From Deltaproteobacteria bacterium (GTDB lineage: Bacteria > Myxococcota_A > Polyangia > Polyangiales > Houyiibacteriaceae), in assembly GCA_034670305.1 (NCBI GenBank), contig JAXMNT010000058.1, positions 1 to 48,450 of the forward strand: 48,450 bases of DNA, read 5' to 3'. The first letter of the stretch is position 1; each line of letters begins with the position of its first letter. The notes beneath the pieces were generated by a model. That model was not told the origin of the DNA, ran no database searches, and worked only from the letters and a program-made list of their open reading frames with translations. Shown here one piece after another: positions 26,808 through 36,086 of this stretch. Made by a program: the position numbers and the translations under genes.

Positions 26808-28145
26808 TCAACGCGTCGCGCGGCCGACGTTTCGGCGGGCGGGGGCGGCTTGCCGCACTTCGCGCAGGGCCGCCTGGACTCGGGCGCGGTCGAGGTCGCC
26901 TTCGCCGCGGAGGGCCCGCTCGTAGTAGGTCGCGGCTTGGGCACGGTCGCCGCGGGCTTTCATCGCGTCGCCGTAGAGCGCCAGCGCGGCCGCCCCGTTG
27001 GCGTGGACCTGCAAATAGCGGTCGAGGTAGCCGGTCGCGAGCACGTCCCGGTCCAGGCGAAGCGCGAGTCGCGCCGCGAGCACCAGGCCGGTCGGGCGGC
27101 GGGGCGATAGATCGGCCGCGTGCCGGTACTGGGAGAAGGCTTCTTGGTAGGCCTCCCGGCGCTCCGAGATCTCCCCGAGCGTGAGCGCCACTTCGGGAGA
27201 GTTCGGCACGAGCTCGAGTGCGGTTCGGAGATGCGGTTCTGCCGCCGCGTCGTCACCGCCCGCCGCGAGGATTTGCCCCAACCCGATGTGGGCGGCCGCG
27301 TTGCGTTCGTCGAGCGCGATCACCTGTTCGAAATGGGTGCGTGCGGCAGCGGCGTCTCCGGCTTGCCGCTCCACGTCGGCGAGCGCCACGAGCGCCGCGG
27401 TCCACCCTTCCCGGGCCGCCACGGCCCGCGTCAGGAGCGTGCGCGCTTCGTCGCCGCCGACCTGGATCGCGAGCTGGTACCAGAGGTCTGGAACCTCGCC
27501 GTCGATGGCCAGCGCCGCGCGGAAGGACCGGACGGCGTCCGCATCGCGGCCCGCCTGAGAGAACAAGAGCCCGAGTCCGTAGTGCGTCTCGTAGCGACGG
27601 CCGTTGAGCGCGATCGCCCGGCGGTACGCCGCCTCGGAAGCGGTGACCTCGTGGCGCAGTCGGTTCGCGTCTCCAAGCGCCAGCTGTGCCTCGAAGTGGT
27701 TCGGATCCGCGGCAACAGCCGCTTCGAGTTCCTCGAACGCCCGACCACTTCGGTTCCACACGAGGAACGCACGCGCGCGGCACACCCGGGTGAGCACGGC
27801 GTTGCGTTCGACGCGCTCGAGCGCACGGCACGCCGCCCGCGACTTGCGGTACTCACCCGTGGCGAACGCGACTCGGGCCACGTCGTAGAGCGATTCGAGG
27901 GAGGAGTCGCTCAGACGCGCGGCGATCTCCATCTGGCGCTGTGCGTCGCGGTACCGTTCCGCGCGCAACAGCGCCATGCCGTACGCGCGCTGAGCTGCCG
28001 CATCCCGTCGATTCTGGGTGGCTGCGGTGCGCAGTGCATCGAGCGACTGCCCCTCGGCCGGCGCAGGCAACAACGCACCCGAGCACGCGAGGGCGAGCCC
28101 GCACAGCGCGATCCTACGGGCGCACGACCCGAACCAATGCCTCAT
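26808..28145 (-). CDS. Secreted TPR protein
   Basis: Signal peptide MRHWFGSCARRIALCGLALACSGALLPAPAEG followed by tandem TPRs. Confidence 0.85.
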   Translation of the reverse strand: MRHWFGSCARRIALCGLALACSGALLPAPAEGQSLDALRTAATQNRRDAAAQRAYGMALLRAERYRDAQRQMEIAARLSDSSLESLYDVARVAFATGEYRKSRAACRALERVERNAVLTRVCRARAFLVWNRSGRAFEELEAAVAADPNHFEAQLALGDANRLRHEVTASEAAYRRAIALNGRRYETHYGLGLLFSQAGRDADAVRSFRAALAIDGEVPDLWYQLAIQVGGDEARTLLTRAVAAREGWTAALVALADVERQAGDAAAARTHFEQVIALDERNAAAHIGLGQILAAGGDDAAAEPHLRTALELVPNSPEVALTLGEISERREAYQEAFSQYRHAADLSPRRPTGLVLAARLALRLDRDVLATGYLDRYLQVHANGAAALALYGDAMKARGDRAQAATYYERALRGEGDLDRARVQAALREVRQAAPARRNVGRATR

Positions 28146-28177
28146 GACCAGGAGAGACGCGCCTCGGGCGGGGATCT

Positions 28178-30655
28178 TCACAACTGCGCGATGGCTTGCT
28201 GAGCCGACCGGTTGTTGGGGTCGATGGCCAACGCCCGCTGGTACGCTTGGCGCGCGCCGTTTCGGTTGCCCGACATGCGCAACGCATGTCCAAGCGCGGT
28301 GAAGAACCCGCCGTGGCGTGGACTCAACTGAACGGCGCGCTGATACGCCTGCACCGCGCCATTGAAGTTGCGCATCTGCATTCGGGCGGCGCCGAGACCG
28401 GCCCACGAGCCCGCATGACGCGGGTTGCTCGCGGTCGCGGCGAGATAGGCCTGCTCCGCCTGTGGGAACCGGCGCGCCTGGAAGTGCTCACGGGCGGCTT
28501 CGCGGGCCTGGTCGAAGCGGCTCGCACCCATCGACGAGGCCATCGACGTGCGCATGGAGCGTCCGGTCCGGCCCGACATCGCGGTGTCCATCGAGTGCGC
28601 TTCTTCGATCCGCTCTTCGGCGACCTCGACCGCTTCTTCGGCTTCCGCTTCCGCGATGAGCTGCGCTTCGGCCTCGGCTTCCGCAGCCTCGGCATCCGCG
28701 TTGCTCGCGGCCGCTTCGGCGGCAGCGGCTTGCGCGGCGGCGGCCTGTGCAGCAGCGGCGGCTGCGGCTTGGGCGCGGGCCGCCTCGAGCTGGGCTTGCA
28801 GTTGCGCCTCGAGGTTCGTCGTCGGTGCACTGGCCGTGTTCGGTGTGGGGACCGCAGCGATCGCCTCCGGCTCGTCCGAGTCCTTGATGACCTGGTAGCC
28901 GACGAACAGACACGCTGCGAGGAACACCAACGCACCGCCGGCCAAGAAGTACACCCCGTTGCGGCTCTCGGGCTGCGGCTGTGCGATCGCTTCCCGCGCC
29001 GTCGATTCGTCCGCGCGCGGTGGCGGGGGCTCCGACACCGCCGCCGACGCCGCGTGCGCACCAACGGCCGCTGCGGGCGCGGCCTGCTCAGGCTGCGGTT
29101 GGGGGTCGGCTGCGGGTGCGGCGGCGACCTCGGACGGAGCCTCGCGCGCGATGGTCTCGGCCAGATCGTCGTAGTCGAGGTCGTCCATCTCGGGCGCGGC
29201 ACCCACAGGCGCGGCACCCACAGGCGCGGCACCCACGGGCGCAGCCGCGTCGGCAGCACCGACCGGCGCAGCAGCCGCGTCGGCAGCAACGGCCCCTGCG
29301 GCCATGGCCCCGACCGCACCGACGGCGAGTGCGGCGTCCGGAAACGCGTCCGGCTCGTCCACTCCGGCGGGCGGCGGCTCGCTGAGCGACTCGAACTCCT
29401 CTTCGACCTCTTCGATGTCTTGCGCCGCGAGCTGCTGCGTGCGGTCCACGGGAGGTTTCGCGGTGGGCGGCGTGGAGCCTGGCGGCGGCGGCGGCACCGA
29501 GGGGGTCCCGGAAGGCCGCATCGAGGGCGGCGTCGGGGGCGGCGCCGAGACCCGGAGCGGCTTCTGATCGACGATGTCCTCGAGCGCGACCTGCTGGGTC
29601 GCGTCCGGGTTGCCCTTCGGCGTCGTGCCCGGTTTGCGAACGGGTTCCGGCGCTTCGCTCGCGGCCGCTTCGGGCGCCTCGGGCGGTTTGCTCATCGAGG
29701 GCGGGGACGGCGGCTTGCTCATCGAGGGCGGACGCGGAGGCGCGCTCGGCCGCATGCTCGGCGGACTCGGGGGCCCGCCCATCGCGGGCATGCCGACCAG
29801 CGTGCTCGATGGACGTTTGCTGGGCGAGTCGCCCTCGAGAGCTCGGAGTTCATCCGGAAGGAGCGGATTCAGCGTCCGACGGACCTGCTGCGCCGAGAAC
29901 GGTCGCTCGCGGGGATCTTTGGAGAGCAGCTGCGCGATCAACTTCGCGAGTTCGTCCGGAAGTCCGCTCGGAACCTCCGGCGCATCGACTTCCGCGTGAC
30001 TGCGCAGCAGCTCCGCCGTGTCGCCTTGGAAGGGCGGATCGCCCGTCGCGGCTTCGAACAACACACAACCGAGGCTGTAGAGATCGCTCCGGAACGAAAC
30101 GAGTTTGCCCTTGGCTTGTTCGGGAGAGACGTAGGTCGGGGTCCCGTAGAGGTCGAAGACATCTTCCGCCTGGATCGGCGCCGCGAGCCCCGCGTCGATG
30201 CACACCACCGTCAGATCTTCTTGGACGACGATGTGGGACGGTTTGAGATCGCGGAACAGCAGCCCGGCGCGGTGCAGCTCGTCGAGTGCGCCCGCGACCT
30301 GCGCCGCCACGGCGAGCACTTCAGATCCTGCGAGCGCCCCATCGGTCAGCCGCTCGGCCAGGGTGCGTCCCGGGACCCAGTTGCGCGCGAGCCAGAGCGT
30401 CTTGCCCGCTTCGCCCGTCACGTGGGGCAGCATCAGGTTCGGGTGCGAGAGCGTGGTCTGTTTGACGAGCTCGCGCTTGATGCGCTGGCGGTCCGAGTTG
30501 CTGCCGTAGACGCCTGGATCGATGACCTTGAGGGTGGTCGGCCCGGAGCCAGCCGCCGTGGTGTCGGTCGCGCGGTAAAGGGTACCGGTCGATCCAGTCA
30601 CGAGGGTCTCGTGAATGTCGAAACGGTCCTTCAGTTCCTGAGGAATGTTGGTCAC
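28178..30655 (-). CDS. Hanks-type Ser/Thr kinase-like protein (probable pseudokinase) with Pro/Ala linker, TM and C-terminal TPRs
   Basis: LKV, KRE, HPN, FRDLKPSH, IDAGLA, GTPTYVSPEQ, SDLYSLG, GDPPF, KDPRERP; TM GVYFLAGGALVFLAACLFVGY; TPRs. GTG start estimated. Confidence 0.85.
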   Translation of the reverse strand: MTNIPQELKDRFDIHETLVTGSTGTLYRATDTTAAGSGPTTLKVIDPGVYGSNSDRQRIKRELVKQTTLSHPNLMLPHVTGEAGKTLWLARNWVPGRTLAERLTDGALAGSEVLAVAAQVAGALDELHRAGLLFRDLKPSHIVVQEDLTVVCIDAGLAAPIQAEDVFDLYGTPTYVSPEQAKGKLVSFRSDLYSLGCVLFEAATGDPPFQGDTAELLRSHAEVDAPEVPSGLPDELAKLIAQLLSKDPRERPFSAQQVRRTLNPLLPDELRALEGDSPSKRPSSTLVGMPAMGGPPSPPSMRPSAPPRPPSMSKPPSPPSMSKPPEAPEAAASEAPEPVRKPGTTPKGNPDATQQVALEDIVDQKPLRVSAPPPTPPSMRPSGTPSVPPPPPGSTPPTAKPPVDRTQQLAAQDIEEVEEEFESLSEPPPAGVDEPDAFPDAALAVGAVGAMAAGAVAADAAAAPVGAADAAAPVGAAPVGAAPVGAAPEMDDLDYDDLAETIAREAPSEVAAAPAADPQPQPEQAAPAAAVGAHAASAAVSEPPPPRADESTAREAIAQPQPESRNGVYFLAGGALVFLAACLFVGYQVIKDSDEPEAIAAVPTPNTASAPTTNLEAQLQAQLEAARAQAAAAAAAQAAAAQAAAAEAAASNADAEAAEAEAEAQLIAEAEAEEAVEVAEERIEEAHSMDTAMSGRTGRSMRTSMASSMGASRFDQAREAAREHFQARRFPQAEQAYLAATASNPRHAGSWAGLGAARMQMRNFNGAVQAYQRAVQLSPRHGGFFTALGHALRMSGNRNGARQAYQRALAIDPNNRSAQQAIAQL

Positions 30656-30812
30656 GGTGAGCTCCGGTGGGGTCCAGGCCAGCGATGCCCAAACGGCCTT
30701 CCGCGGGTGCAACTCCCATGAGTCGCAGGCGCGCGGCAAACTAGACGGTGTGGCGACGGAGTGTCAAACAAGGGTGGGAGAAACCTCCCGCCGAGCCCAC
30801 TGCGCCAAACGC

Positions 30813-32393
30813 TCAGAGGCTGTGCTCGGGGAGCCCCGAACCGTCGGGAATCGCGGTGCTGGGCCGGGTGTGGGTCGCGGTGGAACGGACATCGGAGGAA
30901 CACTCGGTTGAAACCCGGGCCGGCGCCTCGACCTTGGGCACCCCGGCGAGCCGGGGCCATCTGCCCCAGGCGGTCTCGAGGCCCAGGGTGGTGAGCACCA
31001 GCCCGTACTGAACCCATGTCAGCCCCCGCGGCTCGAGCCAGACCGTGTCCTGGATCCAACCGTCCAGCGGCGCGTACGCCGCAAACGCGACGATCGACCA
31101 CACCACCACGGTCCACCGCCTCAGCGCCAACTCCAACGGCAAGAGCCACAACAGGTACCAGGGATGGACCTGGGGGGAGAGCAGGAGCACGCTGAGGAGA
31201 ACCCACCGGATGGCCACCAGTGGCGGCGTGCGGCGCCACGCCAATCCGAGCGCGAGTCCGACGACGCAAAGGAACACCATCGCCCGGGCCAGTGCGCTCG
31301 CGATGACGTGCACCTCGAACTCCGCCGGGTCGAAGACCTGCTTCTTCTCACCCAGGAACGACGCGCGGGGATCGAAGCGGGTGCCCTGCAGAGCGGCGAA
31401 GAGCGCCCGCTCCTGGTCGAATCGGACGCGCGTGGTTCCGACTTCTTCGCCCATGTGTCGGACCGCCCACGCAGCGCCCGCCTCGACGCCCCCGTAGAGA
31501 CCTTCGTTGCCGCGCCAGCGCCGCGCGTACTGGCCGAGCCCACCCGTCACGCCGGTGCCCTCCCCTGCGCCGATCAACGGCACGATCGGCACCAGACAGA
31601 CGACCAACGCCAAGACCATGACCTTCCGATCGCGGATGCCGATCAGAGGGGCGAGCACCAGGCCGATGAGTTTGAGCCCGCTGGCCAGGGCCACGAACAG
31701 GAGCGCCCGCCATACCCGTTGCGTCGCGAGCGCCCACCCGAACCCGAGGACCGCCAGCCCGACGAACACGTCGATGTGTCCACCGAGGGCCGACTCCTGC
31801 AGGGCGAGCGGGTTCAACCAGAACGCCATGCCGATTCGGACGCCGGCCTGGTCGTCGCCGCGACCGAGCGCCGCGGGCAAGCGGGTCAAGGCGAAGCCGA
31901 CCCCCAGGTGTCCGAGCAGTCCGACCAGGCGCGGCGACCACGGCGCATGGCCGAGCCCATCCATTCCGCGGAACAACCATTGAGCGACCGGCGGATAGAT
32001 CGTCGGCACCTCGGGGTTGTTCACCTGGCGCCACAGCCCATCGCGCGCGATTTGCAGCGCCGGGTCCGACGGCGCGTACTGGTAGGGATCGATCCCGAAG
32101 GAGGCGACGCGCGCATCCCACAAGAAGCGGTAGAGGTCGTCCGAGAACGCGACCGGCGCTGCGACACAGAGCGCGCCGACACCCACCACGGCGACGAGTC
32201 CATCGCGGGTCGAGAGTGTCGCGCGCCGCCACACGAGCCAGCCATACGGCAGCGCCGCTGCACAGAACCAGAGCAGCGCGGTCGAAGGCGGGGCGGCCGC
32301 ATGCACCGAGACGACGCCCGCGCCCATCGCGCACGTCCACAAGGCGAGCGCGGCGCGACCCGTCCACACGGACGAAGGGACAGAAGGCATCAT
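30813..32393 (-). CDS. GT-C fold membrane glycosyltransferase (GT87/DUF2029-like)
   Basis: [35 protein letters not shown]...E...GHID, VHPWY and many TM helices. Confidence 0.8.
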   Translation of the reverse strand: MMPSVPSSVWTGRAALALWTCAMGAGVVSVHAAAPPSTALLWFCAAALPYGWLVWRRATLSTRDGLVAVVGVGALCVAAPVAFSDDLYRFLWDARVASFGIDPYQYAPSDPALQIARDGLWRQVNNPEVPTIYPPVAQWLFRGMDGLGHAPWSPRLVGLLGHLGVGFALTRLPAALGRGDDQAGVRIGMAFWLNPLALQESALGGHIDVFVGLAVLGFGWALATQRVWRALLFVALASGLKLIGLVLAPLIGIRDRKVMVLALVVCLVPIVPLIGAGEGTGVTGGLGQYARRWRGNEGLYGGVEAGAAWAVRHMGEEVGTTRVRFDQERALFAALQGTRFDPRASFLGEKKQVFDPAEFEVHVIASALARAMVFLCVVGLALGLAWRRTPPLVAIRWVLLSVLLLSPQVHPWYLLWLLPLELALRRWTVVVWSIVAFAAYAPLDGWIQDTVWLEPRGLTWVQYGLVLTTLGLETAWGRWPRLAGVPKVEAPARVSTECSSDVRSTATHTRPSTAIPDGSGLPEHSL

Positions 32394-32429
32394 GGAGGGG
32401 ACTGGCACTACCGCGGAAGTCGACGTTCG

Positions 32430-33149
32430 TTACCGAATCGGGAAACTCAGGACGTCCTCGAGGCGCTCGTTGGACGCGAGCGTGATGTTCCAGCTCCCGA
32501 CCACCGTGCCGGCCACCGAGAGGGTGATGGTCGCGGTCGAGGTCCCGGCGGCGGATTCACATTCGAACAGGTAGTGGAGCCCTACCGAGTACTGACCGGT
32601 GGGCGGCCGTTCGGCGTAGACGAAGTTCTCGACCCGCTGGACCGGCGTGCTGCCTTCTTCTCCTTGGAGCCGCGCGCGCACGCTGGTGGCACCGTTCTCC
32701 GGCGAACAGGAGCCGCGGGCTTCGTGGTCGATGTGGCCACCGCTCTCCACCCGCCGCCGCTGGTAGCTCGCGTCCTCTCCGCCCGGATCGCGGACGTAGA
32801 GATCCAGATCCGCGTCGCTGTTCCACGCGACGGTGATCTGCATCGGTCCGGTCGCGTACCCACAGCCTTCGTCGATCGCGCCATCGCAGTCGTCGTCGAG
32901 CGCGTTGCACTGCTCGGGGGCGTCGGCCGCGCACGCCACGGCGAGCGGCGTCACGCGTTCGTTGGCGACGACCTCTTCGAGGGTCGGGGCCACGAGCGGG
33001 GATTGGGTGAGCGCCGCCGGCGCGACTGCGGTGCGGGCGGTCGCGGTGCCGGTGGTGGTGCCGGAACAGGCCAGGCCCACGCAGCACACCGCGATCCCGA
33101 AGGACCGGGACTTCCAGCCGGGTGTGGGGAGGATGGGGTGGCTGCGCAT
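32430..33149 (-). CDS. Lipoprotein with a Cys/Asp metal-binding-like motif and a YfaP/DUF2135-like domain
   Basis: Lipobox [45 protein letters not shown]...P.GQY. Confidence 0.78.
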   Translation of the reverse strand: MRSHPILPTPGWKSRSFGIAVCCVGLACSGTTTGTATARTAVAPAALTQSPLVAPTLEEVVANERVTPLAVACAADAPEQCNALDDDCDGAIDEGCGYATGPMQITVAWNSDADLDLYVRDPGGEDASYQRRRVESGGHIDHEARGSCSPENGATSVRARLQGEEGSTPVQRVENFVYAERPPTGQYSVGLHYLFECESAAGTSTATITLSVAGTVVGSWNITLASNERLEDVLSFPIR

Positions 33150-33190
33150 GACGGGAGTGTAGGCCACCGGCGCCGGTGCGCTACGCGGAG

Positions 33191-33395
33191 GCCGGAGCCG
33201 GTGCCGGTGCCGGTGCCGATGCCGAAGCCGATGCCGATGCCGAAGCCGAAGCCGAAGCCGAATCCGAAGCCGAAGCCGAATCCGATGCCGAAGCCGATGC
33301 CGAAGCCGATGCCGAAGCCGATGCCGAAGCCGACGCCGAATCCGACACCGAAGCCGACGCCGAATCCGACACCGAAGCCGGCGCCAGCCGGTGCC
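33191..33395. repeat. Intergenic hexamer microsatellite (GCCGAA/GCCGAT/TCCGAN)n
   Basis: About 200 bp of 6-bp period with 18-24 bp higher-order units, between the LysR stop and the next gene. Confidence 0.9.
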
Positions 33396-33398
33396 GCT

Positions 33399-34229
33399 CT
33401 ACTGATCGAGCAGCAACTCCCGGAGGGCAGCGGCCGCGGGTGGGAGCCGTTCGAGGCCGCGGTGCAGGATCCGGAACTCGCGAGGGATCGGTGTCTGGGG
33501 GTGGGGGACTTGGATCATCTTGCCGCGGCGAAGATCCTCGTCCACCGCGTTCTCACTCACCAGCGCCACGCCGATGCCCGCGCGCACGTTGCCTTTGACC
33601 GCCGCGATCGAACCGAGCTCCATCGCGATCTCGGCGTCCGGAAACACGCGGTCGAAGATGGTGCGGGTCGTGGCGCCTTGTCGAAAGGTCAGGTGCGGCG
33701 CGTGCTCGACGTCTTCGAGCGTGGGTCCCGCCACCAGGATGAGCCGGTCGTCCCGCCACTTGTCGCCGACCACGCTCGCTTGTTCGAGCTCACTCACGAT
33801 GGCCAGGTCGAGCTCTCCCCGCGCGAGCGCTTCGATCGCTTCCGCGGTCGTGCGCTCGAGCAGCAAGATCCGGACGTGGGGGTGGCGTTTGCGGAACCGG
33901 GCGAGCGCGGCCGGAAGCAAATAGGTGCACGCGGTCGCGCCCGCCCCGACGGTGACCTCGCCCGCGCGCAGCTCCGCGATGTCGAGGGCCGCGCGCTTGC
34001 CTTCTTCCACAGCCACCCACACCGCGCGCGCGCTCGGCAGGAACGCGTCGCCCGCGGCGGTGGGTCGTGCCCCCCGCCGACCTCGATGAAGCAACCGCAC
34101 GCCAACGAACTCCTCCAGGCGCTGGATGGAAGCACTCACCGCGGGTTGCGAGAGATGGGCGTGTTCGGCCGCCGCGCGAAAGGTGCCGTGCTCCACGATC
34201 AACAGAAAGTGCCGGAGTGAATCGAGCAT
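33399..34229 (-). CDS. LysR-family transcriptional regulator
   Basis: [39 protein letters not shown] plus substrate-binding domain. Confidence 0.95.
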   Translation of the reverse strand: MLDSLRHFLLIVEHGTFRAAAEHAHLSQPAVSASIQRLEEFVGVRLLHRGRRGARPTAAGDAFLPSARAVWVAVEEGKRAALDIAELRAGEVTVGAGATACTYLLPAALARFRKRHPHVRILLLERTTAEAIEALARGELDLAIVSELEQASVVGDKWRDDRLILVAGPTLEDVEHAPHLTFRQGATTRTIFDRVFPDAEIAMELGSIAAVKGNVRAGIGVALVSENAVDEDLRRGKMIQVPHPQTPIPREFRILHRGLERLPPAAAALRELLLDQ

Positions 34230-34236
34230 TCATCAC

Positions 34237-34270
34237 TATTGCTTATCAATACGGTCAAAACAATCGATTG
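34237..34270. promoter_or_regulatory. Candidate LysR operator in the divergent promoter
   Basis: AT-rich gap with inverted repeat TATTG-cttat-CAATA (contains T-N11-A) and palindrome CAATCGATTG. Confidence 0.55.
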
Positions 34271-34303
34271 GATGGATTGAAGGTCGATCTCTAACCTGAA
34301 GCC

Positions 34304-35050
34304 ATGTCCGACCTCACCTGGCTCATCCCCATCGGCCTCTTCGCCGGTGCCCTCACCACCCTCGCTGGACTCGGAGGCGGCATGGTCATGACCCTCGCCC
34401 TGAGCGCCATGTGGGGACCGCAGCGCGCGCTCGCGACCGCGGCCCCGGCACTGCTCATCGGCAACTTCCACCGCGTCGGCATCTACCGGGCGCACCTCAG
34501 CAAAGCGGTGTGGCCATTCGTCGCGGGCGCGGTGCCTGGCGCGCTGGTCGGAGGCTGGATGACGGTGGTCCTGCCAGAGCGGCTGCTGCAGTCGCTCCTG
34601 ATCGGGGTCGCGGCGCTGGCGGTGATCCGGGAGCTGCGCAACCGGTGGCGCAAGCGTCAGGGCGGCACCGATGTGACCACAGCGCGCCTTCCGACCTCGA
34701 TCGTGCTCCCAGGCAGCTTCGGCGCTGGCATCGTGACCGCGACCTCGGGTGGGGGCGGCATGTTGCTCGGACCGCTCCTGCTGATGACCGGACACCGCGC
34801 CGAGCGGTTCGTCGCGGCCGCGTCGTGCATCGCGCTCACGATGCACATCGCGCGTTCGTTCTCGTACGGCGCCGGTGGCCTCGTGCACACCCAGACCTTG
34901 GTCGACGCGCTCTGGCTCGCCGGCAGTGTGTTGGTGGGCAACCTGGCCGGCAAGAGCGCCCGCCGCTTCCTCAGCGAACCCCGCGCAACCGCCCTCACCT
35001 ACGCGGTGCTGCTCTTGTGCGTGGGCCTGAGCGTCGCAGGGCTGCGCTGA
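34304..35050 (+). CDS. Sulfite exporter TauE/SafE family membrane protein
   Basis: GLFAGALTTLAGLGGG, GAVPGALVGG, second repeat GIVTATSGGGG.LLGP; about 8 TM helices. Confidence 0.88.
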   Translation: MSDLTWLIPIGLFAGALTTLAGLGGGMVMTLALSAMWGPQRALATAAPALLIGNFHRVGIYRAHLSKAVWPFVAGAVPGALVGGWMTVVLPERLLQSLLIGVAALAVIRELRNRWRKRQGGTDVTTARLPTSIVLPGSFGAGIVTATSGGGGMLLGPLLLMTGHRAERFVAAASCIALTMHIARSFSYGAGGLVHTQTLVDALWLAGSVLVGNLAGKSARRFLSEPRATALTYAVLLLCVGLSVAGLR

Positions 35051-35104
35051 GGCGGCCAGTGCTGTCTCCGGGAATCGCAGCGCAGTCGACGACTTCCGAG
35101 GCGA

Positions 35105-36049
35105 CTAACGTGTCTGCAGGTGTTCGATGACGAGTCCCACCCGCACGAGTTCCGCCGGTGTGGGCCGGATGCGGAGCGGAAGCATCCGGTCGTACGCATC
35201 GCGCGGCACGAAGTAGACGGCGTGGGGGAAGGGATCGGCGTCGGTGACCTGCAGCAGCTCCGGTGCCCAGGTCTGCAGCAACGACCCACTCTCCGCGGCG
35301 CTCAAACCGCGCGCTTGAAGTGCTCGGTCGAGCCGGACTCGGAATGCCGCTGCGTTTCCCCGGCCCTGCAGACGAGGCACATCTCCGCGCACTTCGTACT
35401 CGGTGTAGCCCGACCGATCGACCACCCACACCTCGGTCTCCGTCCCGAGCGCGCGCAGGCTCGGCGCGTGCGCCGGACCACGCATCTCGAAGCCCCGCTC
35501 GAGTTGCACGAGCCCGTCGTAGAATACGAACCGTTCGTTGGTGCGCCCTCGAAAAGTCGACGCACCGACGGCGCGCAGATGGTTCCACCAGTGGCCGGGC
35601 GCAACCTCTGGCAACACCTCTACGCCTGGCGCGCCTGCAGGCACCACGCGGCCTCGCCAAGACAGCCGCTCCCCCCGATGACGTGCAGCCGGCGCGTGGA
35701 GCCACGGGGTGCCGCCGACGAACTGCACGTCGATGCGCACCGGCGTCGGTCGGTCGGCGTAGAGAAAGAGCACCGGCTTCTCGACCGTCGTCGGTCCCAT
35801 GCGAATGCGCGGGATGGTGGCTGGACGTTGCCGCACCCGCGTGACGAACGGTGGCGACTCCGCCTCCAGATCCTCGAGCGTCACCCGACCCCGCGCGTCG
35901 ATGCGCCACACACCCCACTCATGGGCCACGAGTCCTGTGGCACGTTGTCCATGCGCAGGTCGTTGCTCCGCGACACCGGTCGTCAGGCAGAGCACCAGCA
36001 GCCCCAACCCACGCCACGCCTGCCTGTGCACGGTGGAGCCCGAGTTCAT
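35105..36049 (-). CDS. Secreted hypothetical protein (HEWG / KPVLFLY motif type)
   Basis: Signal-like N-terminus; VAHEWGVW, EKPVLFLY, ERFVFYDG, GL...E...LLQTW, LPLRIRPTP..LVRV. Confidence 0.75.
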   Translation of the reverse strand: MNSGSTVHRQAWRGLGLLVLCLTTGVAEQRPAHGQRATGLVAHEWGVWRIDARGRVTLEDLEAESPPFVTRVRQRPATIPRIRMGPTTVEKPVLFLYADRPTPVRIDVQFVGGTPWLHAPAARHRGERLSWRGRVVPAGAPGVEVLPEVAPGHWWNHLRAVGASTFRGRTNERFVFYDGLVQLERGFEMRGPAHAPSLRALGTETEVWVVDRSGYTEYEVRGDVPRLQGRGNAAAFRVRLDRALQARGLSAAESGSLLQTWAPELLQVTDADPFPHAVYFVPRDAYDRMLPLRIRPTPAELVRVGLVIEHLQTR

Positions 36050-36086
36050 CTGGAGAGACTAGCCCGGAACCTGAACCAGACGCAGC

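Noticed and set aside
29190-29290. 15-bp tandem repeats inside the kinase-like gene
   Set aside because: In-frame APVGA linker expansion; ordinary low-complexity coding repeat.
33176-33598. Ala/Asp/Glu-repeat ORF on the plus strand
   Set aside because: Translation of the microsatellite running antisense into LysR; no RBS, signal or distinct domain.
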